Source: Eutreptiella sp. 'Long Island Sound 2002' (lineage: Eukaryota; Protista; Euglenida). From it: a stretch of 64,000 bases of DNA. The position numbers and the translations under genes were made by a program. Positions within the stretch are counted from its first letter, which is position 1; each line of letters opens with the position of its first letter. Location of the stretch: assembly GCA_964036045.1 (NCBI GenBank), contig OZ038378.1, forward strand, positions 9,052,001 through 9,116,000, in the 5' to 3' direction. Shown in pieces: positions 45,521-58,712 of the stretch. The notes under the pieces are model-generated. The model was not told where the DNA came from, ran no database searches, and saw only the letters and a list, made by a program, of their open reading frames with translations.

Positions 45521-48500
45521 TTGGCGCGTCCTAACCCAAGGAGTCGCCCCCCGCCCCCCGTGTGTAAAGGAGTCCGAAAGTTTCTGAGATATTTTCATCC
45601 CTCTTTTTGCGGTAGTAGGCAGTTTTCGTGGGCTATAGGATGGCAGCAGGTCTTTTTGCCCCATCTGTACAAGAGATGCAGTCTGCTAATTGTAGACATG
45701 ATTGCATATTGTAGACGTGAAGCGACAAAATTGAGGAAGAGGGCCAAAGGTCTCTTGATAGAAAAGCATGCGGTGAGAGCGTTTTACCCATGCACATGGT
45801 TGCAGGCGTCTGTGGTCTGTAGAATCTGTATGCTACAGCCGACGCGGTCTTGTAGACACCACTGCATGTTGTAGACACAAAAAGACCGCATTTAGAGAAA
45901 AAGAGGGGGCTGTCCGCAGGGGCTGGGGTTTGAATTGGCAATGTTGAGTTGCCAAACTGGCCAGTTGCATTCCAGCCTGCAGATGGCCAAATCTCTGGCC
46001 ATTTGTGGCAACGTCGCCCGCCACCAGGAGGGACCGATATGCTGTTGGGCTGATTTTCAGCCGTCTGGAGATTTGTTTGCTCAATGAACAAGGGACTTTT
46101 GGCTGGCCGATCTCTCCCACCAAGCCTCATCGCCTTACAATTCCCTGGAGCTACTGTGGTGTGGTCCCGTTGTGCGCTGTGCGGCATTGCTTGCGTCGTG
46201 TTGCTTGCAGAAGTTGATCTCAGACGCCGCGGCAGCCTCTGAGTTGTCCCCTGCTGGAATGGAAATGGATATGGCTGTGAAATGCAGCCCAGAACCTGCA
46301 GGTGTGGTTTGTACATGCCCCCGTGTTTGGCTGCTTGGCCAAGGTATACCTTTACCTAAGGTACAGGAGGTGTGTGTACCGTAATGATTTGGGAGGGGAG
46401 ACAACACGGGGGGTGGGGGATAATCTGGTTGGGTGGAGTGGAAGAATGGCATAGGTAGGGATATGGTATGGCTGGACCCTGTACACTGCTGGGGTTCCTG
46501 AGGAGAGGGTGGCACAGCATTATGTGGGACCATTGTAGCAAACTGTGGTATGCCGCTGTGTCCCTTTGTAGTGAGCAGCTGAGTCTGTGTAGAACCGCAT
46601 GCCATGTGGGCACCCAGAGCTTATTTCTGCCCCAGGGGGGGCTGAGCGCGCTGCACCATGGTTTTGTGGAGTGTGCCTTGCCTACGAAGAACGTCGCCTC
46701 TGGCACCGGCATTGCTGGCTGAATGCCAGCAAACAAATCAGCCCCATTCTTCAGGTGAATTATTGGTCCTTTCCCCCTCGAGCTAAGGGTTTGCACCTCG
46801 CATTGCAGCCAGTGCTGCACGCCGTCTCCCGCTCCTGGTTTGTCCCCATGTGCCCCGGTACACGGGGGCAGCATGGGGTTTTGGAGATTCGAGTGAACAT
46901 TGGTGATCTCGTATCTTCAAAATAGGACCATCATGCGCAGGCGTAAGAAGTAGGATACTTAAATGGCTCATTGAGGAAGACCCTTTTTCCTCGGACAAAG
47001 TTTGCATGCACCCTCTTTGCTCATTTGGGGAGCAGCAAAAGGTTTTCTCTTGTGACAACAGGTTCTTCTTGCAATATCATGTTGTAAACCACGGGTGTCG
47101 CTGGTGTCACATTCTCTGCTTCCCACCAGGCAATTTGCATCGCATGCATGGTTGTGGGTATGATTGCATTGTGTGGCTCTGCAGGGTCCCCCTCCTCATG
47201 CTCCCTCCCTGTGCAGATTTCAGGGTCTGTTACCCATTTGCAAGTGCCTGGGTCACAGTTTTTCATTTGATCGACGACAGCTTTCTGTGGTTGTGGCAAC
47301 CAATATTGTTTGGGTCAAGGTTAGACTGAAATACAGTTAAACCTGGCCATGCATTTTTGTGTGAAGTAGTTGTGTTTTGGTGGCATGGAGTAAATGGCGA
47401 AAGCGACCCCTATGACCGCGATTGTCGGCATGAAGTCGACCCCCCCCCCCCGCACCCCCTTCCCCTCCGTACCCCCTACCCCCCGTGACCCCCCTGTACC
47501 CCCCGTATCATGCGCCTTCCTCGCTCGAGACCTGCACCTCTGCACCTTCCTTGCTTGCTTTGCTCGCTCGAGAGACATGAACGTGTGCACCGGTAAACGC
47601 CGTTGGTGGACCGTTTTTGGGGAAGGGCCCTTTGGGCCTTTGAACTATTCACCGCCTTCTCGTGTGCACGGGTAAACCCCCCCCCCGTACCCTCCCCTAA
47701 CCCCCCCTCGTACGCCCCCCATACCCCCTCCCCTACCTCCAGGGTACGGGGGGGTGACGGGGGTGTGTGGCGACAGAAATTGGAAATCTACACACACTAT
47801 TGTGGTGCAGGGGTTCTCGGGATAATTGTGGCTTCAGCGACTTCAAGAAGGAACAATCACTTGTGCTGAATTTCTGTATCACACCTTTTGTTTTGGTGCT
47901 ATCCTCACTAGGTGGCCTCACTCGCACTGTGTGATGTGCCATATCTTCAGGTGCGCCACAAGCCTCTGCTCTCCCAGAGGATGCCCCCAGTCCCAAGTGC
48001 AGTGCAGTGGAGGAGCTGGCTCCCGCACAAAGTACACCTAGCGTCAAGTTATCTTTTGAGGAGGCATTGCCAGAAGGTATCCTTTCCCTGCAGGCCTTTG
48101 ATTCATTTTTTAACAGAATGCACCTGCGCGATGAATCTGACTCACACATCTGATGCGGCAGCGGATCTGAGTTCATGCCAAGTCTGGGCACTATGGCTGG
48201 GAGGGGTGGCTGCGTGGTAGAACACGCAGCCACGCCTAACAGCTATGCTGTGCAGTAACAGTGCCATACACCCACATACACAGCACAATGTCACGCAGCC
48301 ACAATGCCATACAGCCCCACCCACAATGCCATCAGGCTATTGCTTAATGGCCCGTCTTTGGGGGGGCGGGGCAGAGGTGGTTGGTAGGTTGCAGCAGAAA
48401 TTTGGCTGCTTTAGCCAACAGCCACCCCCTGCTTCCCGTGCTGTCCGACTTGTTGTCTTTTGAGTTTGGAGGGTATTGGCATGAGTGCCTCAAAGGTAAT

Positions 48501-50710
48501 GCGGGACTGGGGGTGGCAGAAGTGGGGTACATAGTTGACGTCAGAACTCTATGTCACATTTCAACTTGGGGATCTCAGATAATGGGGTGGCTGAGTAGGT
48601 CTGCGCATCAGGCAACATTTGCACGGCTTCTGGTTCAGTCCCTGTTGTGTACAAAATCTTTTTGGTCCTCATGGCTCTCTTTGTTACCTGTTGTTTGCAC
48701 TTGGTGTGCGGGGTGATAGCCCAGACACGCATTAGAACAACAAACATGTAAGGAGGAGTCCCCCCCCCCCCGCCCCCCCGGGTCCAAACACCCCCCCCCT
48801 CCCCCTCTTCCAATGCGGGCGAACGGTTGAGTTGGATAACTCGAAAAAATTTCAGCTTAATGGCGCAATTATGAGATAAATAATTTGAGTAATGTTTAGT
48901 TGTACATGCCACGGGTCCTGCGTTGGGATATATTGCAAGGGATTGGGATTTGCTACATGAGGGTTGAAGGGTGAACCTGGTGCTAGCATCTCTCAATGGT
49001 GAAGCTTGATGCGGTTATACGTCTGCAAAGTGATCGTGGTGTGTTTGTCAAGAGTGTGAGGAATCTGCAGAGTGCTTTGTGTGATATTGCCCTTTATTCT
49101 CTACATTTGCCTCCGTGACCATCCAGAGCCCACCAAGACTTAATAGTGGCCATCTAGAGTCCACCGAGAAATAACAGTGACCATCCACAGCCCACCAAAA
49201 AGGTGACCATTTAGAGTCCACCATTTGTCGCTAAACACCACACCTCGAAATTTTTTTGGGGATGACAAATGCTCAGCGCTTTTTTGAACACCCAAAGTTG
49301 AAAACATGCCCCCGACACTGCCAAATATTCTAGGGGTGGGGTTGAAATTGGTTGGGCCAAAAACAGGATGCTTGGAAACTTTGCTCAGAAAATCAGAGGT
49401 GGTTGTACCTGCCGCAAAGTGCTCGCAATATCGCAAGCAAGTTTTCGTGGGACGGGCTAGGGAAATTGCTTGGAAAGTTTGCTAGGAAAAATGGAGAGGC
49501 TTTTGGCTTGCCTGCAAATTTGGATGGGGCTGCAAGGTTGCAGGGAAGGGACCGGCAACATGGAGCGGGGCTAGCTCCCCAAGACGTGAAGGCAATTGGT
49601 AAGCCTTGTAGGGACTAGTAGCCACCAGAGAGCTCCACCACCGGTACCGCCGATGGATGGGTGGCGTGCCTCATCTTCATTTTTAGTCTCGCTACTATCC
49701 TTTAACCCTGATCTTAAAAAATGCAACACCACCACACCTGCAGCAGCGCGCTCCGCCACCTGCTCCGCCAGCCGTTGGCTGGCGCATGTCTTCTTCACTC
49801 TCCTCTTCCACTGCGGCAGAGGGGCAATATAGGCAGTGGGAATCGAACCGGCGTCGCCAAAGTAGATGCCGAATGTTCAACCATTGACATAGCTGCCGCC
49901 TTAGGACCCACGACATGCACAACCACACACAACGACACACTCTATGTTCACCATACCACCGAGCACCACAATCCCACACAAATGATCAGACGGATAGGTC
50001 ACATGATATGATAGATTTGCCTTTCGTCGGATGATGTATCTGAGCATGTGTAAGAGGCGCCAGCCGTTAGCCCAAATTACCAGAGCATTGGACCATCGAA
50101 CTAATGGCTAAAAGCGCCTTGCATTCCTGCATGCGTCCCTCTAGACCATGCACTGTGCATGTGTCCCTCCGGACCATGCATTCATGGTACGTATCGCGTG
50201 AGTCATGCAATGCATTCTTTAGGTTTGTGCTACTTGTGCTCGTGTGCATGCTTGTGTGTTGTGGACGGGATGTTTGTCTGTCAAGTGCTGCACCGAAATT
50301 TCATTTTGTACTTATCCTTTTAGGTGGATAGTCTGCACTGCATTTTTTGTATGTGTGGGTGGGTCTACCGGTGATTTGTTTTCTTTGCCTATGCTGGTGC
50401 TCGCGTGCGTGCTGCGGTGGGGATGTTTGTCTCTCAATTGCTGCAAATACTATTTTGGTTTAGAGGTAGGGTAATTGTCCTCTCTACCGGGCCTTTCACG
50501 CGTCCCTCCGGACCATGCATATTCAAGGTACGCATCGCGCGCGTGACAAAGGCTTTTCTTTTTGAGAAGTTGCTAGCAGTGGAGACCTTCGCCGGGCAAG
50601 GCAACCAATCATTCCGGTTGCCCCTGTGGGCAGGGTCCCGTGAAGGAAACTCATTTTATCTGCCATTCTGCCGGGTGACGGTCACCACTTGCGTTGCCTC
50701 ACCCAGACCG

Positions 50711-51245
50711 GAAATAAAAGTGACCATCTAGAGCTCACCAAGAAATAACAGCGACCATCCAGAGTCCACCAAGAAATAAAGGGGACATCCAGAGTCCAAC
50801 AGGACATACAAGGGACCATCCAGAGTCCAACAGGCATCCACTCCCCGGCGCAGCTCATGATGCCCCCCACCTTACGGAAGCGGGCGTTCTTCCACTGGAA
50901 GTCGTCTCCGAGCACCAGGAAATAAAAGGGGCCATCCACAGTCCACCAGGAAATAAAAGTGACCATCCACAGTCCACCAAGAAATACAAGTGACCATCCA
51001 CAGTCCACCAAGAAATACAAGTGACCATCCACAGTCCACCATGAAAAAACATTGACTCGCCGGAGTCCACCAGCAAATAAAACAGACCATCCAAGCCAAC
51101 CACAGATTAGCAGTGACCATTGAGAGTCCATGAGGAAATAAAAGTGACCATCTCGGGTCCACCAGGAAACAATAGTGACCGTCCAGGGTCCACCAAGAAA
51201 TAAAAGTGACCATCCAGAGCCTATCAAGAAATCATAGCAACCATA
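50711..51245 (+). repeat. 31-bp minisatellite (GAAATAAAAGTGACCATCCACAGTCCACCAR), about 15 units; about 4 related units at 49114-49225
   Basis: Contiguous units are directly visible, with one interruption of about 85 bp at about 50834-50917. Confidence 0.92.
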
Positions 51246-53119
51246 TGAAGCCCACAAAATTCCACGGAATTTTATCAACTATTAAACAACCGGGAAAAAA
51301 ATTTTCCAATGCCTACGGCGCCAACAGTTGTCAAGGAGGAGGGTCAACACCCCGGCCGGAACCCCCCCCCACTCCTCCGCTCCAATGCGTGCCTGCCCTA
51401 GCCATGCAAAGAGGGGGAGGGGTGTGGTATGGGTGGGTGGGTGTGGATGGGTTGGTGATTGAACCCCAACGAAGGCCCAAAATACCTCCCTCCCTCCCTG
51501 GGGGGGGGGGGGCACTACGCAATAGCCTGAATGCTATTCAGCCGCACTGCCCCACAGCTAAAGAAAACTGCTGGCACCATCACCAGATAGCCATGGGCCA
51601 CATTTCCCCTTGTACTTTTTCTTTGTCTCCTCAATGTGGTGCTTGCCCCTCCGCTCTGCTCTGTCTTTTGATAATGTCAGGTGGCCTTGAGTGTCCGGAA
51701 GTGTCTCCGATCCCAAAGTGCGGGTCTTTGTCATCAACTGCAGTTTCAATGGAAGGTACACCCCAGCAGCGCTTGCACGGCCCTACTGAACAGGCAAGCA
51801 CTGGTGCTGTCTGGCTTGCCAGATTCCATTTCCTATCCTCTTGGCCCCTCGCCTTTCTTCTGTTGTTGGGAGATTGTTCCTCTGAATCTTGAAATCATCT
51901 TTGTGGGTCTGATAAGGTGGATCTTGCATGCATATGGGGTTGGTCATGTGGACACAGTGGGCAACAGCTTGGATGTGGTCGTAGTCGGCGCAGGCATGGG
52001 TGTCGGCAACCTTATGGATGTGGAAACAGTTGGCAGAGGCGTTGGAGTGAGCTGTAGGCATAGGCATGGTTGTGCTGTGTGGTTCTGTGCTGTGCTGAAC
52101 CATGTTATGCCATGTTGTGTCGTGCTGTGTGGTGAGGTGCTCTGTGTTTTGTGGTGCTGTGCTGGTCTGCTCCTCCCCGTTGTGCAGCTCTGGGCTGTGT
52201 GGAGCCGAGCGGCTAAGTTCTCACCAGTTGGGACCTATAGGGCAGGTCGATTGGCAGACAGGACCCAGGCCCAGGCCATTGCTCTGGGCTTTTCATGAAA
52301 CAAAAAAAAATTGAATGGAGCCAGGCCAACCAAGTTTTGCCTCCGAAGCAGGAAGGTGACAAATGACCCCACAACATCCGGGTCCCAGAGTGGGGAGGAG
52401 ACATGGTGCATAACCCCAGACGACAGCGAGGGGGCGGACCCCCCCCCCCCTCATAAGTCAATTAACTGAGCAAAATTTTCTTCCTCGTAAAGAGACTGAA
52501 TTGAAAATTTTGTACTCGGTAACAACCTACTCCAACCCCCCCCCCCCCCCCGACAGTAGACCTGGGTCTCTTAATTTTTTCCACCCGGAGCCAAAGCCCT
52601 GGGTATCTTAAATGGTACTGGGTCTCTTGCAGTTGAATCCTGGAACATGTTGTGACCTGTGTTCGGACCCACCGAAGCTGAACGCAACGAGCCCACTTTT
52701 GTAGACTTTCATTTCTAACCGAAAAAATCGTTTTGTGGGTGATGACAACATTGTTTGGTGACATCATGACATCATAATATCATTCCATTACTTTGTGCAA
52801 GGATGGCACATTAAATGAAGCAATTTGCAGCTGGGTCTTTTACTGTTTTGGGCGGGAAAGGGCTTCGAAATGGGGGCGGGTCTCTTGAATGGTCATTTGC
52901 TGGTGGGTCTACTGTCGGGGGGGGGGGGGGGCGGAGTAATAGCAGCAAATTTTTTCCCCCGCAAAAAAACACTTGAGAAACAGAAAATCATGCAGCTGTT
53001 TGATCAAAAAAGCTTTTTTCAATCGGTTCTTTTGCTCAGCACAAAAAAAGTATGAAAGTTTGAAACTAAGTGAACAACAGCTGATTGAAAAAAAATTACT
53101 CGGTGTTGCTAGGGAGCTT

Positions 53120-53495
53120 ACCAACACAGCACAGCACCAAAAGAGACCATGGCATGACAGGTACAACACGCATAGCAAGGCACAGAACCGCCACAGAACA
53201 CAGCGCTGACCAATATGGAACAGCACAGCAAATGCTGCACAACAGTGCAGTATGGAACAGGCTGTGCCACGCTGTGCTGCACTTTGGTGTGCAGCTTTTG
53301 ACTGTGTGGTACTGTGCTGTTCTGTGCTGTGCTATTCTTTGCCTTGCTGTGCGGTGCTGTTTGTGCAACAGTGAACGGTCCACCAATCCCAAGCCTGTTG
53401 AACGGGCTTCACACCACAACAATCCCTTTCTGAAGGAGGACCTTGGGTCTCAGGGGCTGTAGCCCAGCCCAACACAGCACAACACAGCACAGAAC
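53120..53495. repeat. Degenerate pentamer satellite (CACAG)n / (CTGTG)n in both orientations; a related tract at about 52070-52175
   Basis: ACAGC-type units at 53125-53260 flip to CTGTG units at 53260-53365, then flip back at 53468-53495. Confidence 0.7.
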
Positions 53496-55783
53496 AAGGC
53501 ACATGACACCCTAACTCTACATGCCCAGAAATGGACGCCCCCTGGTCCGCTAGCGTGCTCTCAGGATCTAAAGCCATGGTGCCCGGATAGTGTGTTTACT
53601 GTGAATGAAGGCCTTCAACCGCTTTTGGCACAGTACCTGAAAGGACACTATGCTCGCACCAGGGGGGTGGATGCAGCCACGAAAATCGCAAAAGAAGCAC
53701 AGCAAACACACAACAAAGAGTGCAAAAACGCCCAAGCACGGAAGGAGCAATGCACGTAAAAGGGCACAGACCAAATGGAATGCCTCGGCTGGTGAACAAA
53801 GAACTGGGGGAGACAAAGCACACATATGATGTGAAGCTCACAAGCACAACACACACCACCATGCTTTGACACCAGCAAAGCAAGTGTGAAGCACACCAAC
53901 ATCAACAGCACACCCTAATTGGGCTGGGGGACGCACAGACCACATGCGATGGCATATGGGCACCAAACTGGTGCCTTGAGGCGAAGGCAAGGCCACACAC
54001 AGTGACACACAGCGCACAGAACACAGAACATACAGCGCACGGCACAGGCCCCATACCGTATGAAGGCGACATAACAACACCACCATGACCGCACCTGGCA
54101 TGGAGCCCCCCCCCCCCCAAAAAAAAAGTATTCTGTGCCACGCACCCACAGTAGAAGGGAGTGCGTGGGGCAGAATGCAAACAGGAGTGACAGGGAAGTC
54201 TTGCATTCCTTGCATTCTTGTGGTCACAAAGTATCAATGGTACGGAGACAAATGTGGCCCCCGTTAGGCTCCCTAGGTGGGATACTAGTCTTTGCCATCA
54301 GGGGATGCTAATCCTTGGGGCCCATAGGAACCTATGGTAGCAGGCACGTTGTGGGACTTTTGCCCAAGAGAGAGCACCTAACCCTTGGCCTTTCATCCTT
54401 TTTTGTGCCCCCCCTCCCCCCTCCCCCCTCCCCCCTCCTCCCTCCTCCCTCTGTTCACCCAATTTGCATTTTGGTTTTCACGACCCCATATCTGCTATGC
54501 CCCCCTCCTTTCACGATTTTTTTCTTGGTCGTTTTTTGAGTAATTGTGTGGACACAATGTATCCCCTGTGTGCGTGTGTGTTTTGCTGGCTGCCCAGTTT
54601 TCTCTGTTTTGGTTTTCCTTGGTTGTCGTGGGTTATTTTTTTTGCGCCACATTTTGTTACATAGACATACAGTATCATCCCTCTCCCTCCACTCTACTCT
54701 TGCCATCTTTTGCATTGACACATGGTTCTCCCAAATCCAGAATTTGAGCCCCCAGCTCATCGGGGGTGGCCCGGGGTGTAGACGCCAAGTTGGGAGGTGC
54801 CCTCCCAAAGCTGCTCAGTTTTGGGCAAAAAACAGCCCCCACCCCTTAAATATTGGAACCCGTTTAAAAGAGCAAAATGAAGGAAACTGGATGACATATG
54901 CTGTGCCCCGGCTTGGTGCCCTAGTGCCAAAGAGCCCTTTGGTGGCCTCCAACTCCATGATATGTCTCAGAATCACGCCCAAAACGGCTAAAATGGGCCC
55001 AAAATATTGCGCATTTTGGTTGTCCCAAACCTAGAATTTATCGTATCTTGGGCTACATGGCTCAAACTCCAATTCCAAGCGCACCTAGTCTGCCCGTAAA
55101 CCCCCACTTTTGGTGGTTCCCCCCCTTTAAAATGGCCCAAACGGATGCCTAGACCCCGTCTGGGTGCCCAATTGGCTCAGGCAAGCAGCAAGCTTGAGTG
55201 ATCTTGAAATAAGATGATCTCATGCAGTGAGCCCAGTTCTTCCATTCATCAGGACTTGCAGGCGATGACTTGCAATTATTCAAGGAAGTTTCGGAGCCCT
55301 AATCCTGTTTTGTGGTGTAGTTTTCCTGCACTATTTTTTGATCTTTCATTTTGCTGCTTCCCCAGTGCATGTGTGTGTTGGAGGTCTGGGGTAGTGTGGG
55401 CTGTGAAACAGGTATGGGCATAGATGTATTCTGGGAAACGTTTTGGATGGGGGAATGCATATTGCCATGGATCCGCTTGTACCTGGTAGGTAGGCTATTG
55501 CCAACGTGGACAACCTACTGCTCTCAGGTGTGCTTGAAACAGTGCCAGACCAGCCCCTAAGTGCCAAAAGCAAAGACACGAAAGTGCTGACACCCAGTTG
55601 CAAGTTGTCTTTCACAGACGCTTCGATGGAAGGTTCATTGCTACAGCCTCTGCACTTCTTGCATATCTTTGTGTGTGTGCTCTATCAGGTGCTGAGTAAA
55701 GTATGCGACACGAACAATGTCAAACAATGCAGCGGATGGATGTGTCCCAGGCCACACCACAAAACGGCGTCTCAAACAGCAGT

Positions 55784-55972
55784 ACCTCCACAAGCCTATT
55801 TTTTCTCAAATGGTTGGGGAGCGATTTTCTTGACAATTCTCAGCCTCCAGCCCCTCCAGCCCTTCCCCCCATGCCCCCAACATTTTCAAGTCCCTGTGCC
55901 TTGTGTTGCCTGGGAAGACGCCCTGGGCATAGAGCCTTTCATCAGGGGGTGGGTGCATCTTCTGGTCAAAGG
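55784..55972 (+). repeat. Dispersed 189-bp repeat, copy 1 (copy 2 at 63580-63768)
   Basis: Near-identical direct copies (CTCAAATGGTTGGGGAGC...CTTCTGGTCAAAGG), about 90-95% identical by eye. Confidence 0.92.
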
Positions 55973-56204
55973 AGCTCTATCGCTTTGATGATTATCGATT
56001 TGAGCCACAGGTAGCAGCCCAAGTGTTGTCTTGCCAGGTATTGCCTGGTTTTTGTGCACTGGGGGAGCTCTTGGTTGCGAGATATAAGACGTGAATTGCA
56101 GCTGTCTGCTTCGGTATTGTCAGGTGGTGCTTGTGTGAGGAGGTTGTCTCTGTACCAGCATCAGCTGGTTTTTCGGATGCAACAATGGGATCGCCATTCT
56201 GGTG

Positions 56205-56465
56205 CTATTTGTATGGGGCAATCTCTGTATTGGTATAGAGGGGTCCTTGTGTTGGTGCAGGGCAATCTCTGTATTGCTATAGGGTGTTCACTCAGAAAAA
56301 GGGGCATGTCCGTATTGGTCCAAGAGTGGTCCCTGTTTTGGTACAGGGCAATGCAGTGGCACAGAGGGGTCCCTCTGTTGTTACAAGGCAATGTCTGTAT
56401 CTATGTACCAATACTGGCCGCTCTGTTGGTACAGGGCAAGGTGTATTGCTACAGTGGTCCCTATC
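56205..56465 (+). repeat. Degenerate minisatellite of about 40 bp (GGTACAGGGCAAT core)
   Basis: The recurring CAGGGCAAT...GTATTG core is seen about 6 times. Confidence 0.6.
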
Positions 56466-57418
56466 ATTGGACAGCTTTGTTTTGATGTCTGCTTTAGTAT
56501 GGTTCATTGTGGTTTATATACAGTGGCAGTGTTCAGGGCCTGAGGTGGTGGCCATGAGGAACACTGCAATCGCACTGAGATATGCAACCACAACACTTGA
56601 GGGGCTGCAGAGGCAGGAAGTCAACGTGTGCTCCAAACTGCTGCAAGCAACATGAGATGAGACCCTCTACTTGGGTATCATCACCATGAAGTAGTGAACT
56701 AGTATATTGCGTTTCTCGCTTCTGGGCGGTGGTGTGCAGGACGCATTCCTGTGCCATATTTGACAGCACAGCGCCCCTCCCCCTGCCCCATTGGGCACAG
56801 ATTTGCTTTGCATTTGTCTTCAGGTGCAAACCAAAGCATTGATTGCCCGGAGTTGATACAGACCCCAAAGTGCGACGGAGTGGAGGATTCCATGCAGAGT
56901 GGCCAATCTTCCGCTCACCACACGCCCACATGCAAGCTGTCTTTTAGAGAAGCAGGCATGCCGACCACAACCCACAACAGCCCCTTCAAAGAACACATGC
57001 CCGCGGCACAACAGCAGCCCTTCCCAACTGCACACACACTGTCCAGGCGCCCACGCCACAACCCATACGCCCCCCCACCTCCCGAAAAAAAAGGCAACAA
57101 CATACACACCATCCCCATGCCTGTGCCACCCTCATGTTGCCACTCCGTCAAACCCACGCGTATCCACTCCCAAGCTATGCAACATCCAGTGCTCACGATC
57201 ACAAAAGCCCGTTCCCCATCATTCACCTACAACCCACACCACATCAACCACTGTCCATTATCAATTGCGTACAATCTGTTTTCCATTGTTCACAGTGCAC
57301 ATTGCATGCTGTGAATGATTGATGGTTTATCGGTTGGTGCGTGGTGAATTGTGGGGGATACGCTGTGGGTGAGGCAGGATGGCATATGTTTAGTGCGTGG
57401 TGGTTGCGGCTGCAAAAG

Positions 57419-57419
<1 letters not shown>

Positions 57420-57452
<33 letters not shown>
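57420..57452 (+). repeat. (GT)n microsatellite
   Basis: Directly visible. Confidence 0.97.
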
Positions 57453-57454
<2 letters not shown>

Positions 57455-57508
57455 CATGTGGCCTGTTGCACAGTGTTGCGGTATTTCAGCCCCTGTGGTG
57501 ACACTTGC

Positions 57509-57699
57509 TTAGACAAACGATGGATCCCGTTCTGGGGGGCCCTCATGCACAGCACCAAGCTGGCAGAAAGCAGCCGGGGTCAACAAGTACTGCGCATATT
57601 CAGCCATTGCTGCCTTGCCAGCATCCGCCCGGACTTGGGGGCCCAGCTGGTCAACAGCCACGTTGAGTTGGCGCTGTGCCCAAGTGATGAGCGGAACCA
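57509..57699 (-). CDS. Possible isolated exon (VPLITWAQRQLNVAVDQLGPQ...)
   Basis: Good acceptor TTCCTTGTGCAG on - followed by an open, protein-like frame; no partner exons identified. Confidence 0.3.
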
Positions 57700-58260
57700 C
57701 TGCACAAGGAACCAACCAACACAGTCATCCATCAAATTGGCTTGCACCACTGACCACAACCAACTGTCTGAAGGCTCGCAAATGGATGTCCTTTACAATC
57801 AAACCTGTGTACACAAAGCGTTCTAAAAGCTCCATCTTCTAATTGCTAAATTCCAAAATGCAATTTTTTTAGAATTCCAATTAGAATGCACACGTCATTC
57901 AAAGTCCATCAGCCCATCCCCCAGACCAGCTTGACAAAGCTTGGCAAGGATTTCCCAGCCCCTGTAGAGTTGACCACCTTTACAAACGTCATCAAGTTGG
58001 CCAACATTGGCCACCTAGCCTGCACACTACCTGGGGCGTGGGCCATTTGGCTAGCCGACTGCAACAAGGAGGAAATGAAGATCCTAGGTCAGGCTTAGAC
58101 GGGGGATGTGGTCTGGATGATGGAAGCCGGAGAATGAATTGGGCATTGCGGCCTGTGGATGATGAGTGCCTTGTGTATTCTGAGATGTGGATGGTGGGGA
58201 ATGGGTTGTGGCTGTGATTGCGGCTCGTAGGTGATTGGGCATGGGGCATGGGTGTCCTCA

Positions 58261-58350
58261 GAGGGTTGTGGAGGGTTGTGGAGGGTTGTGGAGGGTAGTG
58301 GAGGGTAGTGGAGGGTTGTGGAGGATTGTGGAGGGTAGTGGAGGGTTGTA
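58261..58350 (+). repeat. 10-bp tandem repeat (GAGGGTWGTG) x9
   Basis: Directly visible. Confidence 0.95.
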
Positions 58351-58712
58351 TGTCAGCAGCGGAAAGATTCTTGGACGCCCTGGGTACTACCGTGCCTCGT
58401 CCCAAAAATATCGAAGATATTTTTTCTATTGTGGCTCGGTGGGTGGGTCCTCAGTCCATCATGATCCTGGTTGCCCCCGGTCCCCACAGGGGAGGGGTTC
58501 TTTTTGTATTACCCTGGTGCTGGTCCCGTAACTGTGTTGGCATTGCCACCCCTCTACTGTCTCACGCCAAGCCAAGTCTGCACCCAAGGACACCAAAGCC
58601 CCTTGGCTGCAGGTGGGGGGGGGGGGTATGTACGGGAACTCCCATGCCCTTTCGAAGTCAGGGAGACACGACATCCCCCGTTGACTGTCCTAAGTCCTTT
58701 GCACCACTGCAG

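Noticed and set aside
49833-49862. tRNA or tmRNA gene on - (GGTTCGATTCC B-box)
   Set aside because: The T-stem does not pair and no acceptor or D arm is found.
50711-51245. 31-bp repeats as a CRISPR array
   Set aside because: Units are contiguous and degenerate with no regular unique spacers, there are no cas genes, and the context is eukaryotic.
42000-57400. Numerous 60-200 aa ORFs in the ORF track
   Set aside because: They overlap on both strands, derive from low-complexity or satellite sequence, and show no motifs or exon structure; treated as intronic/intergenic noise.
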